In this document: positions 30,929 through 40,304 of the stretch, in pieces
Numbering within the stretch: the first letter of the stretch is position 1
Layout: each line of letters opens with the position of its first letter
Source of the DNA: an uncultured Thermoplasmatales archaeon
Lineage (GTDB): Archaea > Thermoplasmatota > E2 > UBA202 > DSCA01
Direction: 5' to 3'
Assembly: GCA_964514975.1 (NCBI GenBank)
Contig: CAZESS010000003.1
Location: 61,334-125,333 of the forward strand
Length of the DNA stretch: 64,000 nucleotides
Notes under the pieces: generated by a model
What the model saw: only the letters and a program-made list of their open reading frames with translations
Database searches by the model: none
What the model was told of the DNA's origin: nothing
Program-made: the position numbers and the translations under genes

Positions 30929-32319
30929 CGCCACGGCGCAAAAAGCTTCTCGTTCTCGGCGTCATTGCATGTGTCTTTCTCTTCTTCCATCTGTATCACC
31001 TTGAACGGCCGTTTTCGACCAACGGCATCGACGAGGGCATCCATCTCTTGCAGGCGCAGATGGCGGCCGACGGCTTCACGCTCTACGGGGAGCTCAACGG
31101 CGACCAGGCGCCGCTGGCCATCCTGACGTTTTCGCTGTTCAAGGGCGCGGTGCTGCCGTCGCGGCTGCTGTCGTTTCTATTGTTCGCGGGCGCCACCGGA
31201 GCCGCTGGAATCATCGCCTGGCGAATAAAAAACAGGCAGGCTGGCGTGATGACGGTGCTGCTGCTATCCCTCGACTTCACTCTGCTCAGGGAGTCGCGGC
31301 TGGCGTCTCTCGACCTGTTCTCGGCCGCGTTGCTCTGCATGGCCGGGCTGATCTTCATCGTCTACCTGGAGCGCCCACGCTGGATGTATGCCGCCGGCGG
31401 CGCCCTGCTGCTGTCGCTGTCCTGCCTGTCGAAGCTCATGGCTGCACCATGCGCCCTGGCTCTCACGGTGGCGGCCGTCTGGTACGCGGTGCGGCACAGG
31501 CGGTTGAAGCATTTTGCCGTCTACGCGCTGGCCGGAATGGTGCCAGCGCTGGCATTGCTTTTCCTGTTTTCGCCGGACGCGTTGCTCAACGGCGTGCTGC
31601 TCCGGCAGCTGCACCGTGGCGCCGACTGGTCGACGAAGGCATCGGTGCTGCTGTTCATCGGCCCATCCTTTGTCTATCTCCTGGCGCTGCGGCGGTGGGA
31701 TCTGCGGGACCGGCGGGTCGCGTTCGTGGTCCTCTGGCTGCTGTCTCTGCTTGCCTTCATCCTGGTGCAGGGCCGCACCTTTCAGCATCATTTCGCCTAC
31801 GCGGCGTTTCCCGCGGCCATCCTGGCCGGCATGGTACTCGGAGACTGGTCGCTTGATAGCCGGAAAACAGTGACGGTGGTGGCCGGCTTCGTGGCGGTCA
31901 ACACCGTTCTCATGGTGTCGCTGGTCGGCACGGCGCCCCCGGACCTGTCCTACGAGGTCGCGGACCACGTTGCGGCGGTGTCCGATGATGACGCCTGGGT
32001 GCTCTCGGGGAATCCCCTGGTGAACGTGCTGGCCGACCGCAACGCGCCGCCGAACCTGACAAACCTGGCGCGGCATCATTATCCGCCGACCACGACGTCG
32101 AACATCACCTACTGGCTGGAAGGCAATCGCGTGGAGGTCGTGGTGCTGTACTATCACCTGGCGGAGATGCCGGAGGTGGCGAGGTATCTCAACCGGAGCG
32201 GGCGCTACGAGAAAGCAATGGTCGTCGAGGGAAAAGGACAGCTGCTCTTCAACGGCGTCACGCCGCGGTTTTCCACGGACAGATACGTCGTCTACCGGGC
32301 GGTGAACGGGACTACCTGA
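30925..32319 (+). CDS. GT-C fold membrane glycosyltransferase (PMT/ArnT/GT39-like, dolichyl/undecaprenyl-phosphate-sugar dependent)
   Basis: ATGA overlap with aIF2-beta. About 11 TM segments with N-terminal DEG-containing loop (NGIDEGIHLL) typical of GT-C donors. Confidence 0.7.
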   Translation: MTPRRKKLLVLGVIACVFLFFHLYHLERPFSTNGIDEGIHLLQAQMAADGFTLYGELNGDQAPLAILTFSLFKGAVLPSRLLSFLLFAGATGAAGIIAWRIKNRQAGVMTVLLLSLDFTLLRESRLASLDLFSAALLCMAGLIFIVYLERPRWMYAAGGALLLSLSCLSKLMAAPCALALTVAAVWYAVRHRRLKHFAVYALAGMVPALALLFLFSPDALLNGVLLRQLHRGADWSTKASVLLFIGPSFVYLLALRRWDLRDRRVAFVVLWLLSLLAFILVQGRTFQHHFAYAAFPAAILAGMVLGDWSLDSRKTVTVVAGFVAVNTVLMVSLVGTAPPDLSYEVADHVAAVSDDDAWVLSGNPLVNVLADRNAPPNLTNLARHHYPPTTTSNITYWLEGNRVEVVVLYYHLAEMPEVARYLNRSGRYEKAMVVEGKGQLLFNGVTPRFSTDRYVVYRAVNGTT

Positions 32320-33391
32320 ACCAGGTCCAGAAGTTGTTGGCGAAAAAGTTCCAGATGAACACCACGCCGATGGCTATAACGGCCGCAAACAGGTAGTAGT
32401 AGCCGAATACCTCCCTGAGGAGGCCCATGACCCCCAGCTGCATCGGGAACGAGGGCGAACTGATAACGTTGAACTTGAAGAGACGCGCCCCGGCGCTCCG
32501 GAGGCCTTTTTCTCCCCGGTCATGGAACGTCCACACCTCGTTCAGGGCGTAGTTGGACAGGATGGAGAGCTCGATGGCGAACACCGCGGAGACCAGATAA
32601 TACAGGCCCGCCTGCTCGGTCAGCAGCCACAGCACGCCAAGGTTGACCAGGACGCCGCTGCCGCCGACCAGCATAAACTTGATGAACCGAACGATTTCCC
32701 CGGTGTCCCATGACAGGCGGAGCAGATGGCGGAGATATTTTCCATATTCGTTGGCCACCAGGGAGCTGCTCCCCCGCTCCCGGTCCTGAAACACGATGGG
32801 CACCTCCCGTACGTCGGTGCAGCGCCCCCGTATCAATATTTCGAGAAGGATCTTGTAGCCCACGGGGCGAAGCTCGACGTCCTCAATGACCCTGCTGCGG
32901 AGCATGAAAAACCCGGACAATGGGTCGCTGACCATCCGGCAGCCGGGCAGCAAAAGATGCGCCATGAGGGTCGCCCCCTTGGAGGACAGACGCCGCAGGA
33001 ACGACCACTGCTCTATTTCGCCGCCCGGTACGTAGCGGCTGCCCACCACCACGTCGGCGCCGTCGTCGATAGCCGCCAGCAGGTCAACGAGCTTCTCGGG
33101 TGGATGCTGCAGATCGGCGTCCATGACCGTCAGGATGTCGCCACTGCTCCGGCGGAAGCCCTCGATGACCGACAACGCAAGGTCGCGCTTCCCGGTCCGC
33201 CGCACCACCCTGAGAAAGTCATACCGCGCCTGGAGCTCATCGGCCCGGTCGGCGGTGCCGTCGGGGCTGTCGTCGTCGACGATGACCAGCTCGAAGTCCA
33301 CGTCATGCAGCGCTATGGCCACCTGCTCCAGCAGATGGGGCAGGTTGTCGGCCTCGTTGTACGTGGGGACCACCAGGGAGAGCCGGGGCAT
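32312..33391 (-). CDS. GT2 dolichyl-phosphate-sugar synthase-like glycosyltransferase with C-terminal GtrA-like TM domain
   Basis: LSLVVPTYNEADNL...VIVDDDSPDGT...DADLQHPPE (DXD plus QxxRW-like) then four TM segments. Confidence 0.8.
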   Translation of the reverse strand: MPRLSLVVPTYNEADNLPHLLEQVAIALHDVDFELVIVDDDSPDGTADRADELQARYDFLRVVRRTGKRDLALSVIEGFRRSSGDILTVMDADLQHPPEKLVDLLAAIDDGADVVVGSRYVPGGEIEQWSFLRRLSSKGATLMAHLLLPGCRMVSDPLSGFFMLRSRVIEDVELRPVGYKILLEILIRGRCTDVREVPIVFQDRERGSSSLVANEYGKYLRHLLRLSWDTGEIVRFIKFMLVGGSGVLVNLGVLWLLTEQAGLYYLVSAVFAIELSILSNYALNEVWTFHDRGEKGLRSAGARLFKFNVISSPSFPMQLGVMGLLREVFGYYYLFAAVIAIGVVFIWNFFANNFWTWFR

Positions 33392-33496
33392 GTGTCCGCA
33401 ATATCTCGTTCCTTAAATAGTTTTTTTCTTTTTCCCTGTAGAACGGGAGACCGCTAAAACGGTAACCTTTTAAAGGATACCGCATTTGCCCGGTCA

Positions 33497-34426
33497 ATGG
33501 GTATCATCGACATCGAGGGGCTGGTGAAGCGCTACAATGGCACGCTGGCAGTTGACGACATCAGCATGGAGGTCGAACGAGGGGAAATGTTCGCGCTACT
33601 CGGGCCCAACGGTGCGGGGAAAACCACGACAATGAACATGATGATGGGCTTCATTTTTCCCACAGCCGGCAGTGTCCGGCTCTTCGGATACGATGTGTTC
33701 AATAATGGCAAGGAGGCCCGGCACCGCATCGGCTTCATGCCCGAAGAACTTGGATTATATGACGTGCTGACCGCATATCAGCACATGGACTTTTATGGGC
33801 GGCTCTTCAACATTCCCAGGCGGCGGCGAGAGAAAAAGATAGACGAATTGTTGGAGCTGGTCGGTTTGCTTCATCGCAAGAACACAAGGGTGCGGGAATA
33901 CTCGCACGGCATGCGGCAGCGGCTGGGTATCGCACAGGCACTTATAAACGACCCCGACCTTCTCATTCTGGACGAGCCGACATCCGGACTCGACCCGCGA
34001 GCAAGCTACACAGTGCGAGACATTATCACCTCCCTAACAGAGCGGGATATTACGCTGTTTCTTTCGTCACATCTGCTCCACGAGGTACAGGAAATCTGTG
34101 AGAGCGTCGCCATCATTAACAAGGGACAATTGATCAGGAAGGACACCATAGAAAACCTTGTTAGGGAATTCCGGATAGAGGGCATGCACATCACTCTCAC
34201 CTGCCTCAATCTCGACAACGACATCGTTGAAACAGTCCAAGGCATGGCGGGGGTGCACTCGGTCGAAGCGTTCGGCAACACCCTTACCGCCCTAGTGGAC
34301 ACCGAGGATACCGCCGCCGACCTGAACGCCGCGGTGGTCAATAGGGGGGGACGCGTCACGAGAATGGAGGAGTCAACGCCAGACCTAGAAGACATTTTCT
34401 TGCGATTGACGGAGGACGACCAATGA
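33497..34426 (+). CDS. ABC-2 type transporter ATP-binding protein
   Basis: GPNGAGKTT, YSHGMRQRLGIA, ILDEP. Confidence 0.9.
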   Translation: MGIIDIEGLVKRYNGTLAVDDISMEVERGEMFALLGPNGAGKTTTMNMMMGFIFPTAGSVRLFGYDVFNNGKEARHRIGFMPEELGLYDVLTAYQHMDFYGRLFNIPRRRREKKIDELLELVGLLHRKNTRVREYSHGMRQRLGIAQALINDPDLLILDEPTSGLDPRASYTVRDIITSLTERDITLFLSSHLLHEVQEICESVAIINKGQLIRKDTIENLVREFRIEGMHITLTCLNLDNDIVETVQGMAGVHSVEAFGNTLTALVDTEDTAADLNAAVVNRGGRVTRMEESTPDLEDIFLRLTEDDQ

Positions 34427-35232
34427 TGGATATGTCATTTTCCTCTATCACAGCCGTGGCATACAAGGAGTTCTCCGTATACTTAAAAACGAAGCGGCTG
34501 CTCATCATGGGTGGACTATATGTTGCAGGGTTCCTTACAGCCATCGGCATTATGTCCTACTACCGACAGCCGAATGCATTTCCAGATGCCATGGCCCTCG
34601 CCTATTCCTCAACATCCATCTTTTACGTCATGCTCCCTATTGCCCTCTCATACGACCTCATCGCTCGGGAGCAGAGCAGAAAATCAATTTTTCTGCTACT
34701 GTCCAAGCCCATCCGCCGAATAGAGGTCGCGATCGGTAAATTTATCGGGATTTTCAGCATCCTTTTCATCGTCATCGTGCCGATTGTCACCATAGGCCAT
34801 ATTATTGCAGGAATCTCGGTAGGGATCCACGGCATAATGATCGAGGTAGAAGCGTATGCCATGCTTGTGGTAATTTTACTGGGAATGTCCTGCTATATCT
34901 CATTATCCATGCTCTTTTCCACCCTGACCGATAGCACATCGACAGCCCTTATCTTATCGCTCATTGTCGGCTGGTTCGGGCTCAGCATGCTCGAGCCACT
35001 TGTCAGTCTCTTCTATAGTTTGACGGGCTCCGGTGGAGGCGGCACACCACTCGCAAGTAAAATTGCCTACCTAATATCTCCCAGCAATGATATGAATACT
35101 GCGATGAAAATACTGAACGATACAGTTTCAGCGCCCGTATCGGTGCCACAGGCTGTCGCAGCGCTTGGAATCTTCCTAGCCATAACGTTTGCTGCAACCC
35201 TATACTTGTTCCGGCGAAAAGAACTCACCTAG
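34423..35232 (+). CDS. ABC-2 family permease
   Basis: ATGA overlap; six TM segments. Confidence 0.8.
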   Translation: MMDMSFSSITAVAYKEFSVYLKTKRLLIMGGLYVAGFLTAIGIMSYYRQPNAFPDAMALAYSSTSIFYVMLPIALSYDLIAREQSRKSIFLLLSKPIRRIEVAIGKFIGIFSILFIVIVPIVTIGHIIAGISVGIHGIMIEVEAYAMLVVILLGMSCYISLSMLFSTLTDSTSTALILSLIVGWFGLSMLEPLVSLFYSLTGSGGGGTPLASKIAYLISPSNDMNTAMKILNDTVSAPVSVPQAVAALGIFLAITFAATLYLFRRKELT

Positions 35233-36077
35233 CGTTCTAGCACCGCTGCCAGAGGCGGCGCAGCGCTCACCACGCTGAACTCGGATTCTATGGTGTCGGT
35301 GGCGACGATGTCGTCGCAGCCGGCATCCCTGATACGCTCGACGGCGCCCCCGGCGAAGAGGCCATGCGAACACGCTGCATATATCTCGGTAGCCCCCTGT
35401 TTTTTCAGGTTCCGTATCGCCGCTGCCATCGTGCCGCCGGTCGAGATGATGTCGTCGACGATCAACACATGGCTACCGGCAACATCGAGCTTTTTGGGCT
35501 GCATTTCCACCTCGTCGCCGCTCAGGCGCGTTTTCTCAAGATGGTCATAGGGGCAGCCGATGGTGTCCGCGGCGAGGCGAGCGCGCTGCAGTGCCCCGTG
35601 GTCGGGGGCGAGCACCATGTCCGCCCGGCCGGTGAAATGCTCAGCGAGCTCGCTGACGGCGGTGACCACGTGCGCCCGGATGTCGAAAAACTCGGATATG
35701 TATTCCTTGTGCGGGTCAACCGTCGCCACCATGTCGGCGTCCTGCTCGATGAGTTCGGCGAGCTTGGCCGCGCTGACCGCCTCGCCCGGTTCGAACACCT
35801 GATCCTGCCGGCCATAGCCATAGTAGGGCACGACGACGCGGACGGTGTCGGCGCCCATACGGCGGGCGGCATCCTGCAGCAAAAACAGCTCGACGATGTT
35901 GCCATCGGGATGGGTGTTCTGCACGATGATGGCCTCGTCGAGCTCCTCATGCACGCGGACGTAGAGCTCGCCGTCGGGAAACCGCTTGACCGTGGTCTCT
36001 GCCAGGGGAACGTTGAGCGTGTCGGACAGCTCCCCTGCGAGATGCGGTGAAGAAGAACCAGCGATGATACGCTTCAT
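35229..36077 (-). CDS. prs: Ribose-phosphate pyrophosphokinase (PRPP synthetase)
   Basis: VLIVDDIISTGGT PRPP-binding loop and N-terminal IIAGSSSPHLA. Confidence 0.9.
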   Translation of the reverse strand: MKRIIAGSSSPHLAGELSDTLNVPLAETTVKRFPDGELYVRVHEELDEAIIVQNTHPDGNIVELFLLQDAARRMGADTVRVVVPYYGYGRQDQVFEPGEAVSAAKLAELIEQDADMVATVDPHKEYISEFFDIRAHVVTAVSELAEHFTGRADMVLAPDHGALQRARLAADTIGCPYDHLEKTRLSGDEVEMQPKKLDVAGSHVLIVDDIISTGGTMAAAIRNLKKQGATEIYAACSHGLFAGGAVERIRDAGCDDIVATDTIESEFSVVSAAPPLAAVLER

Positions 36078-36084
36078 AGCCCTG

Positions 36085-36393
36085 TTAACGGCTGCCGCCT
36101 TTTAAGTTTTTAATCGCCATCCGGGCCACCTCGATAAAGTTTTCCGGGGTCACACCGAGCATTTCCACATCGGCATTGGAAAAAAACGTGTCGACGGCGC
36201 CGGCTATCTCGCCGGGTGTCCTGCCCGTTAGATGGCATTCGAGAGTCGCCACGGCAGCGCCGGGCATCATGAAAAAATCGCCGGTGAACCGAATGCCGGC
36301 GATGACGCCGTCATCCAGCGTCAGCGTGCAGCGGATGAGCTTGCCCTGGCGGGGCTTGAGCTCAGCGCTGAAACGTCCACTCGTCGCTGGCAT
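36085..36393 (-). CDS. lplB: Lipoate-protein ligase C-terminal domain protein (LplB-like)
   Basis: KLIRCTLTLDDGVIAGIRFTGDFF matches the LplA C-terminal domain. Encoded separately downstream of lplA, as in Thermoplasma. Start at 36393 is inferred. Confidence 0.55.
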   Translation of the reverse strand: MPATSGRFSAELKPRQGKLIRCTLTLDDGVIAGIRFTGDFFMMPGAAVATLECHLTGRTPGEIAGAVDTFFSNADVEMLGVTPENFIEVARMAIKNLKGGSR

Positions 36394-37102
36394 ATTTCTC
36401 CCGCAGCCCGGGCAGTCGCTTTCGTTCATCGTCGGTGAGCGCTCCATCCTCCAAGGCAACAGAGAAGGTGTCCATGAAGCCCCGGCGCAGCGCGGTGATG
36501 ACGTCGTCACGGTCAATGTCGCCGAGGAGTGCGCTGAGCGAGGTCACCCTGGCGCTTGCCTCATCGATGCCCTTGCCGGCTATCTTTGTGTCTGAAACGC
36601 GGAGCAGCGTGAACATCAGCGCCACGTCAACATCCAGCAGGACGGTGCCATGCTGCAATACGTGGCCGCGCCGCCGTGTCTGTGCGCTCCCCGATATTTT
36701 TTGTCCGTTGACGACGACGTCGTTGAGCGGCACGAAGCGTGCGTCGACGCCGAGCTGCTGGAGCCCTACTGCGAGGGCGGTGCAGATACGTTTGCATGAC
36801 TGCTGGACGTCATGCGGCAGCGCCTGCTCGGGCAACATGAGCGAGTAGGTGATCTCGCCCTGCCGGTCATGGTAGACGGCGCCGCCGCCGGAGATGCGCC
36901 GGACGACGTCGACGCCATGCTGCTGGCATGCCTCCAGGTCGACCTCCTCGTGGATGCCCTGGAAGTAGCCGATGGACAGCGCCGATGGATGCCAGGTGTA
37001 CAGCCGGAGGGTCGGCGTGCCCGAGATGAGCAACGACTCGTCGATGGCCATGTTTGTTGGCGCATCCGCGGCGTCGTGGATGATACATCGCCATGTGTCC
37101 AT
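36362..37102 (-). CDS. lplA: Lipoate-protein ligase A catalytic domain (LplA N-terminal domain, split form)
   Basis: BPL/LPL catalytic domain motifs RRISGGGAVYHD and KISGSAQ. Confidence 0.8.
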   Translation of the reverse strand: MDTWRCIIHDAADAPTNMAIDESLLISGTPTLRLYTWHPSALSIGYFQGIHEEVDLEACQQHGVDVVRRISGGGAVYHDRQGEITYSLMLPEQALPHDVQQSCKRICTALAVGLQQLGVDARFVPLNDVVVNGQKISGSAQTRRRGHVLQHGTVLLDVDVALMFTLLRVSDTKIAGKGIDEASARVTSLSALLGDIDRDDVITALRRGFMDTFSVALEDGALTDDERKRLPGLREKYASDEWTFQR

Positions 37103-37138
37103 GGGAGGCTAATGGAACGGGGATAAAAAGCGTTGTCG

Positions 37139-37151
37139 ATATGTTTAAATA
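37139..37151 (+). promoter_or_regulatory. TATA box (ATGTTTAAATAGC) for the ABC-2 operon at 37173
   Basis: Located about 25 nt upstream of the ATG at 37173 (leaderless geometry). Confidence 0.4.
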
Positions 37152-37172
37152 GCATCGCTGTTTCGCCGTGGC

Positions 37173-38093
37173 ATGGGTCAGGCCATCGAGGTAGAGCATC
37201 TGACGAAGAGCTATGGAAATGTCACGGCGGTCGACGACATCTCGTTCACCGTCGAGGCGGGAGACGTGTTTGCGTTTCTGGGGCCCAACGGCGCAGGGAA
37301 GACGACGACGGTGGAGATCATCGAGATGATTCGCAGCGCCGACGAGGGCACCGTGAGGGTGCTCGGCCGCGACATACACGGGCAGCCGGCGGCCATCAAG
37401 GAAGACATCGGCGTTTTACCGCAGGAGTTCCAGTCGTTCGAGCGGCTCACCGTCCGGGAGACCATCACGTATTTTGCCCGGCTCTACCGCCGGCATGCGG
37501 ACATAGACCGCATCATCGACCTCATGGACCTCCACGACAAGGAAAACGACCTGTACCGCACCCTGTCCGGGGGACTGAAGCAGCGCGTCGGCGTTGGCAT
37601 CGCCCTGGTCAACGACCCCGACATCGTGTTTCTCGACGAGCCAACGATGGGGCTCGACCCAAAGGCGCGGCGTGACGTCTGGAACGCTATCGCCGGGCTG
37701 CGCGAAGAGGGCAAGACCGTGTTTCTGACGACGCATTACATGGAGGAGGCCGAATATCTTGCGGACCACATCGCCATCATCCACCGCGGCCGCATCGTCG
37801 CCGAGGGTTCGCTCGACGAGCTCATCCAGCAGTATGGCGGCAAAAGCGTACTGTCCATCAGGGGCACCAGGACGGACGAGGTCATGGCGGCGCTCCAGCG
37901 CAAGGGCTACGACACCAAGGCAAAGAACAGCACCGTCGAGGTGAAAATCGATAAGAAAGATGCGGTCATCGACATCCTGTTTCATCTCCGGGAGCAGGGG
38001 CTCTATTACCGCGAGGTGGACATCAAGCATTCAGATCTAGAGAACGTGTTCCTTAACATAACCGGGACGTCGCTCGGGGAGGAAGACCTATGA
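37173..38093 (+). CDS. ABC-2 type transporter ATP-binding protein
   Basis: GPNGAGKTT, LSGGLKQRVGV, VFLDEP. Confidence 0.9.
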   Translation: MGQAIEVEHLTKSYGNVTAVDDISFTVEAGDVFAFLGPNGAGKTTTVEIIEMIRSADEGTVRVLGRDIHGQPAAIKEDIGVLPQEFQSFERLTVRETITYFARLYRRHADIDRIIDLMDLHDKENDLYRTLSGGLKQRVGVGIALVNDPDIVFLDEPTMGLDPKARRDVWNAIAGLREEGKTVFLTTHYMEEAEYLADHIAIIHRGRIVAEGSLDELIQQYGGKSVLSIRGTRTDEVMAALQRKGYDTKAKNSTVEVKIDKKDAVIDILFHLREQGLYYREVDIKHSDLENVFLNITGTSLGEEDL

Positions 38094-39280
38094 AACCACG
38101 TATCGTCGCCACCGACTTTACGGCAACAATGAAATCGTTTTTCCGCAACAAGGGAACACTGTTTTTTTCGTTCGCATTTCCCGTGATCCTCATTTTGCTA
38201 TTTGGCGCCATCTTTTCCGGCGGCGGGACGGGCTCCTATGACCTCTACGTCGCCAACTATGACTACGCCAACGGCGAGCTCAACGAAACCATGCGGCAGT
38301 ACTGCCCGTTTCCCATGCCCGAGAACGAGAGCAACGTGTATGATGCGCTGTACATGCAGCTCGAAGACACAGGTGTCATCGACGTTAAAACCATCAATGC
38401 CAGCGAGTATCCACGCAGCGAACTCCGCGGCCGCGTTGAGGACGAAAAAATCAAGTCGGTCATGGTCATCCCTGACGGGTTCTGCCCGTCGCTGGTATGG
38501 GCGATGCAGACCGGCAATCCGAACGCAACGCGGAACATGACGCTCATGCTCGACCAGGGGGAGCAGCAGCGGAACGGCGTCATCATGTCCGTCGTGCAAC
38601 AGTTCATGGGGCAGGCAAACCTGGGTATCGCCGGCGGCGGCAGCTACCTCCGCTACAACACGACCAACATCGTGCAGGAGGAATTCAAGTACATCGACTT
38701 TTTCCTGCCCGGTGTCATCGCGCTGACCGTGATGACCAACAGCATTTTCGGCATCGTGGAGACCAACATCCGGCTGCGGAAGCGCGGCATCCTCCGCAAG
38801 CTGTCGACGACGCCGTTCACCCGGAGCGAATGGCTGCTCTCCAAGATGCTGTACATGCTCTTCATCGCGTTTCTGTCCACCGCCGTTATCACGGTGGTCG
38901 GCGCCCTGGTCTGGGATATCTCGTTCAGGCTCAACGCCTACATGTTCATCCTCATCATCTCGGGCAGCTTCGCCTTCGCGGGCATCGGCATGATACTCAG
39001 CCGCTTCGTCCACGACGAGGAAACGGCACCTGCCGCTGCGAATGCGGTCACATTTCCCATGATGTTCCTCGCCGGCATCTTTTTCCCGCTTGAACAGATG
39101 CCCCAGTTTCTGCAGGTCATCGCCCACTATCTACCGCTTTACTATCTCGGGGAGGGACTGCGCGATGCGATGATCTATGGCAACATGGACAGCGCGCTGT
39201 TCAACACCGAGGTCGTCTTTGTCTTTGCAGCCATCGTGTTCGCCATCGGTGTCGCCATCACCACCTGGAAGGAAGAATAA
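38090..39280 (+). CDS. ABC-2 family permease with large extracytoplasmic domain
   Basis: ATGA overlap. TM1, ~170-aa loop, then five TM segments. Confidence 0.8.
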   Translation: MKPRIVATDFTATMKSFFRNKGTLFFSFAFPVILILLFGAIFSGGGTGSYDLYVANYDYANGELNETMRQYCPFPMPENESNVYDALYMQLEDTGVIDVKTINASEYPRSELRGRVEDEKIKSVMVIPDGFCPSLVWAMQTGNPNATRNMTLMLDQGEQQRNGVIMSVVQQFMGQANLGIAGGGSYLRYNTTNIVQEEFKYIDFFLPGVIALTVMTNSIFGIVETNIRLRKRGILRKLSTTPFTRSEWLLSKMLYMLFIAFLSTAVITVVGALVWDISFRLNAYMFILIISGSFAFAGIGMILSRFVHDEETAPAAANAVTFPMMFLAGIFFPLEQMPQFLQVIAHYLPLYYLGEGLRDAMIYGNMDSALFNTEVVFVFAAIVFAIGVAITTWKEE

Positions 39281-39281
39281 A

Positions 39282-39740
39282 CTACTTCACGGCGGGGTGC
39301 ACCTGCCGGAGCAGCGTCTTTACATCCTTGACCGGCAGCGAGGTGAACGAATAGGCGGCCTTTCCGCCGGCCCATTTGATAGTCAGCTTGTGGGGATACC
39401 GGCGCTCCAGGTCATGGGTTCCCTGCTTGACCTTCATCTTGGTTATCTGGCCTGTCGGTATCAAAACGTTGCCAGGGGTCTCCGCCAGAATGTCGGCGGG
39501 ATGCATGTCATGGTAGCGCTCATGCAGCGAGTGCCCTGACGTCATGGTTGCCAGCGTGCGCTTCAGCATTCCTTCGTTTTTGGTTTCCTCACGCACCTTT
39601 GCGGCGTGCTCGCGCATCATTTCTTTGGTTATCCGGGCGACGATGATGCCGTCGGTGGTGACCACCAGGTTGTATGCCTTGGTGCCCAAAAAGCCGCTTG
39701 TGACGTTGGGGATAATTCCGATAACTGATGGCTGATGCAT
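39282..39740 (-). CDS. Hypothetical protein
   Basis: 152-aa ORF with coding-like GC3; no confident domain call. Confidence 0.45.
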   Translation of the reverse strand: MHQPSVIGIIPNVTSGFLGTKAYNLVVTTDGIIVARITKEMMREHAAKVREETKNEGMLKRTLATMTSGHSLHERYHDMHPADILAETPGNVLIPTGQITKMKVKQGTHDLERRYPHKLTIKWAGGKAAYSFTSLPVKDVKTLLRQVHPAVK

Positions 39741-39776
39741 GCCCCCTCATCGGCGAGTCATATTTAAAAACGTTGT

Positions 39777-40301
39777 TCAGGAGCCCTCTTTTTTCTCCCT
39801 TTTTTCGGCTTCCTCCTCCACCTTCTTCCGGGCTTTCTCTGCCGCCTTCTCGGCCTTCTTGCGGGCCTTGACCGCCTCCTTGGCAGCCTTCTTTTTCGCC
39901 TTGGCGAGCGCCTTCGCCTCCTTTTTGCGGGCCTTGGCCAGTGCCTCTGCCTCGGTCTGCCGGGTCTCCGCCTCGAGCTCAGCCTGCTGCTGCTCGGATG
40001 CTGCGGCAATGCGCTCCCGTTCCACGTCGGCTCGAATGCGCTCCTGCTCCACCGCGTCGGAGGTGGCCTCCTCGGCCTCAAGTCCCTTACGGTAGCGATA
40101 GGTGTAAAACAGCGCGACGAGCGTGTATACCAGCAGACCGACGCCGATGGGAAGAAAAATCCGGTCGTCGACGTCGACGTCGGAAATCTCCAGGAAGATA
40201 CGGAGCGCCAGCAGCAGGGACAGCATGATGCTGCCCGCCCAGGCATGGTGATGGAATCGGTGATACCGCCGTTTATATTCCCGCCGGTCTTCCGTTGTCA
40301 T
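39777..40301 (-). CDS. Membrane protein with two TM helices and a long Lys/Ala/Glu-rich low-complexity C-terminal tail
   Basis: Tail AKARKKEAKALAKAKKKAAKEAVKARKKAEKAAEKARKK. Lies 4 nt downstream of the EF-2 stop. Confidence 0.6.
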   Translation of the reverse strand: MTTEDRREYKRRYHRFHHHAWAGSIMLSLLLALRIFLEISDVDVDDRIFLPIGVGLLVYTLVALFYTYRYRKGLEAEEATSDAVEQERIRADVERERIAAASEQQQAELEAETRQTEAEALAKARKKEAKALAKAKKKAAKEAVKARKKAEKAAEKARKKVEEEAEKREKKEGS

Positions 40302-40304
40302 GGC

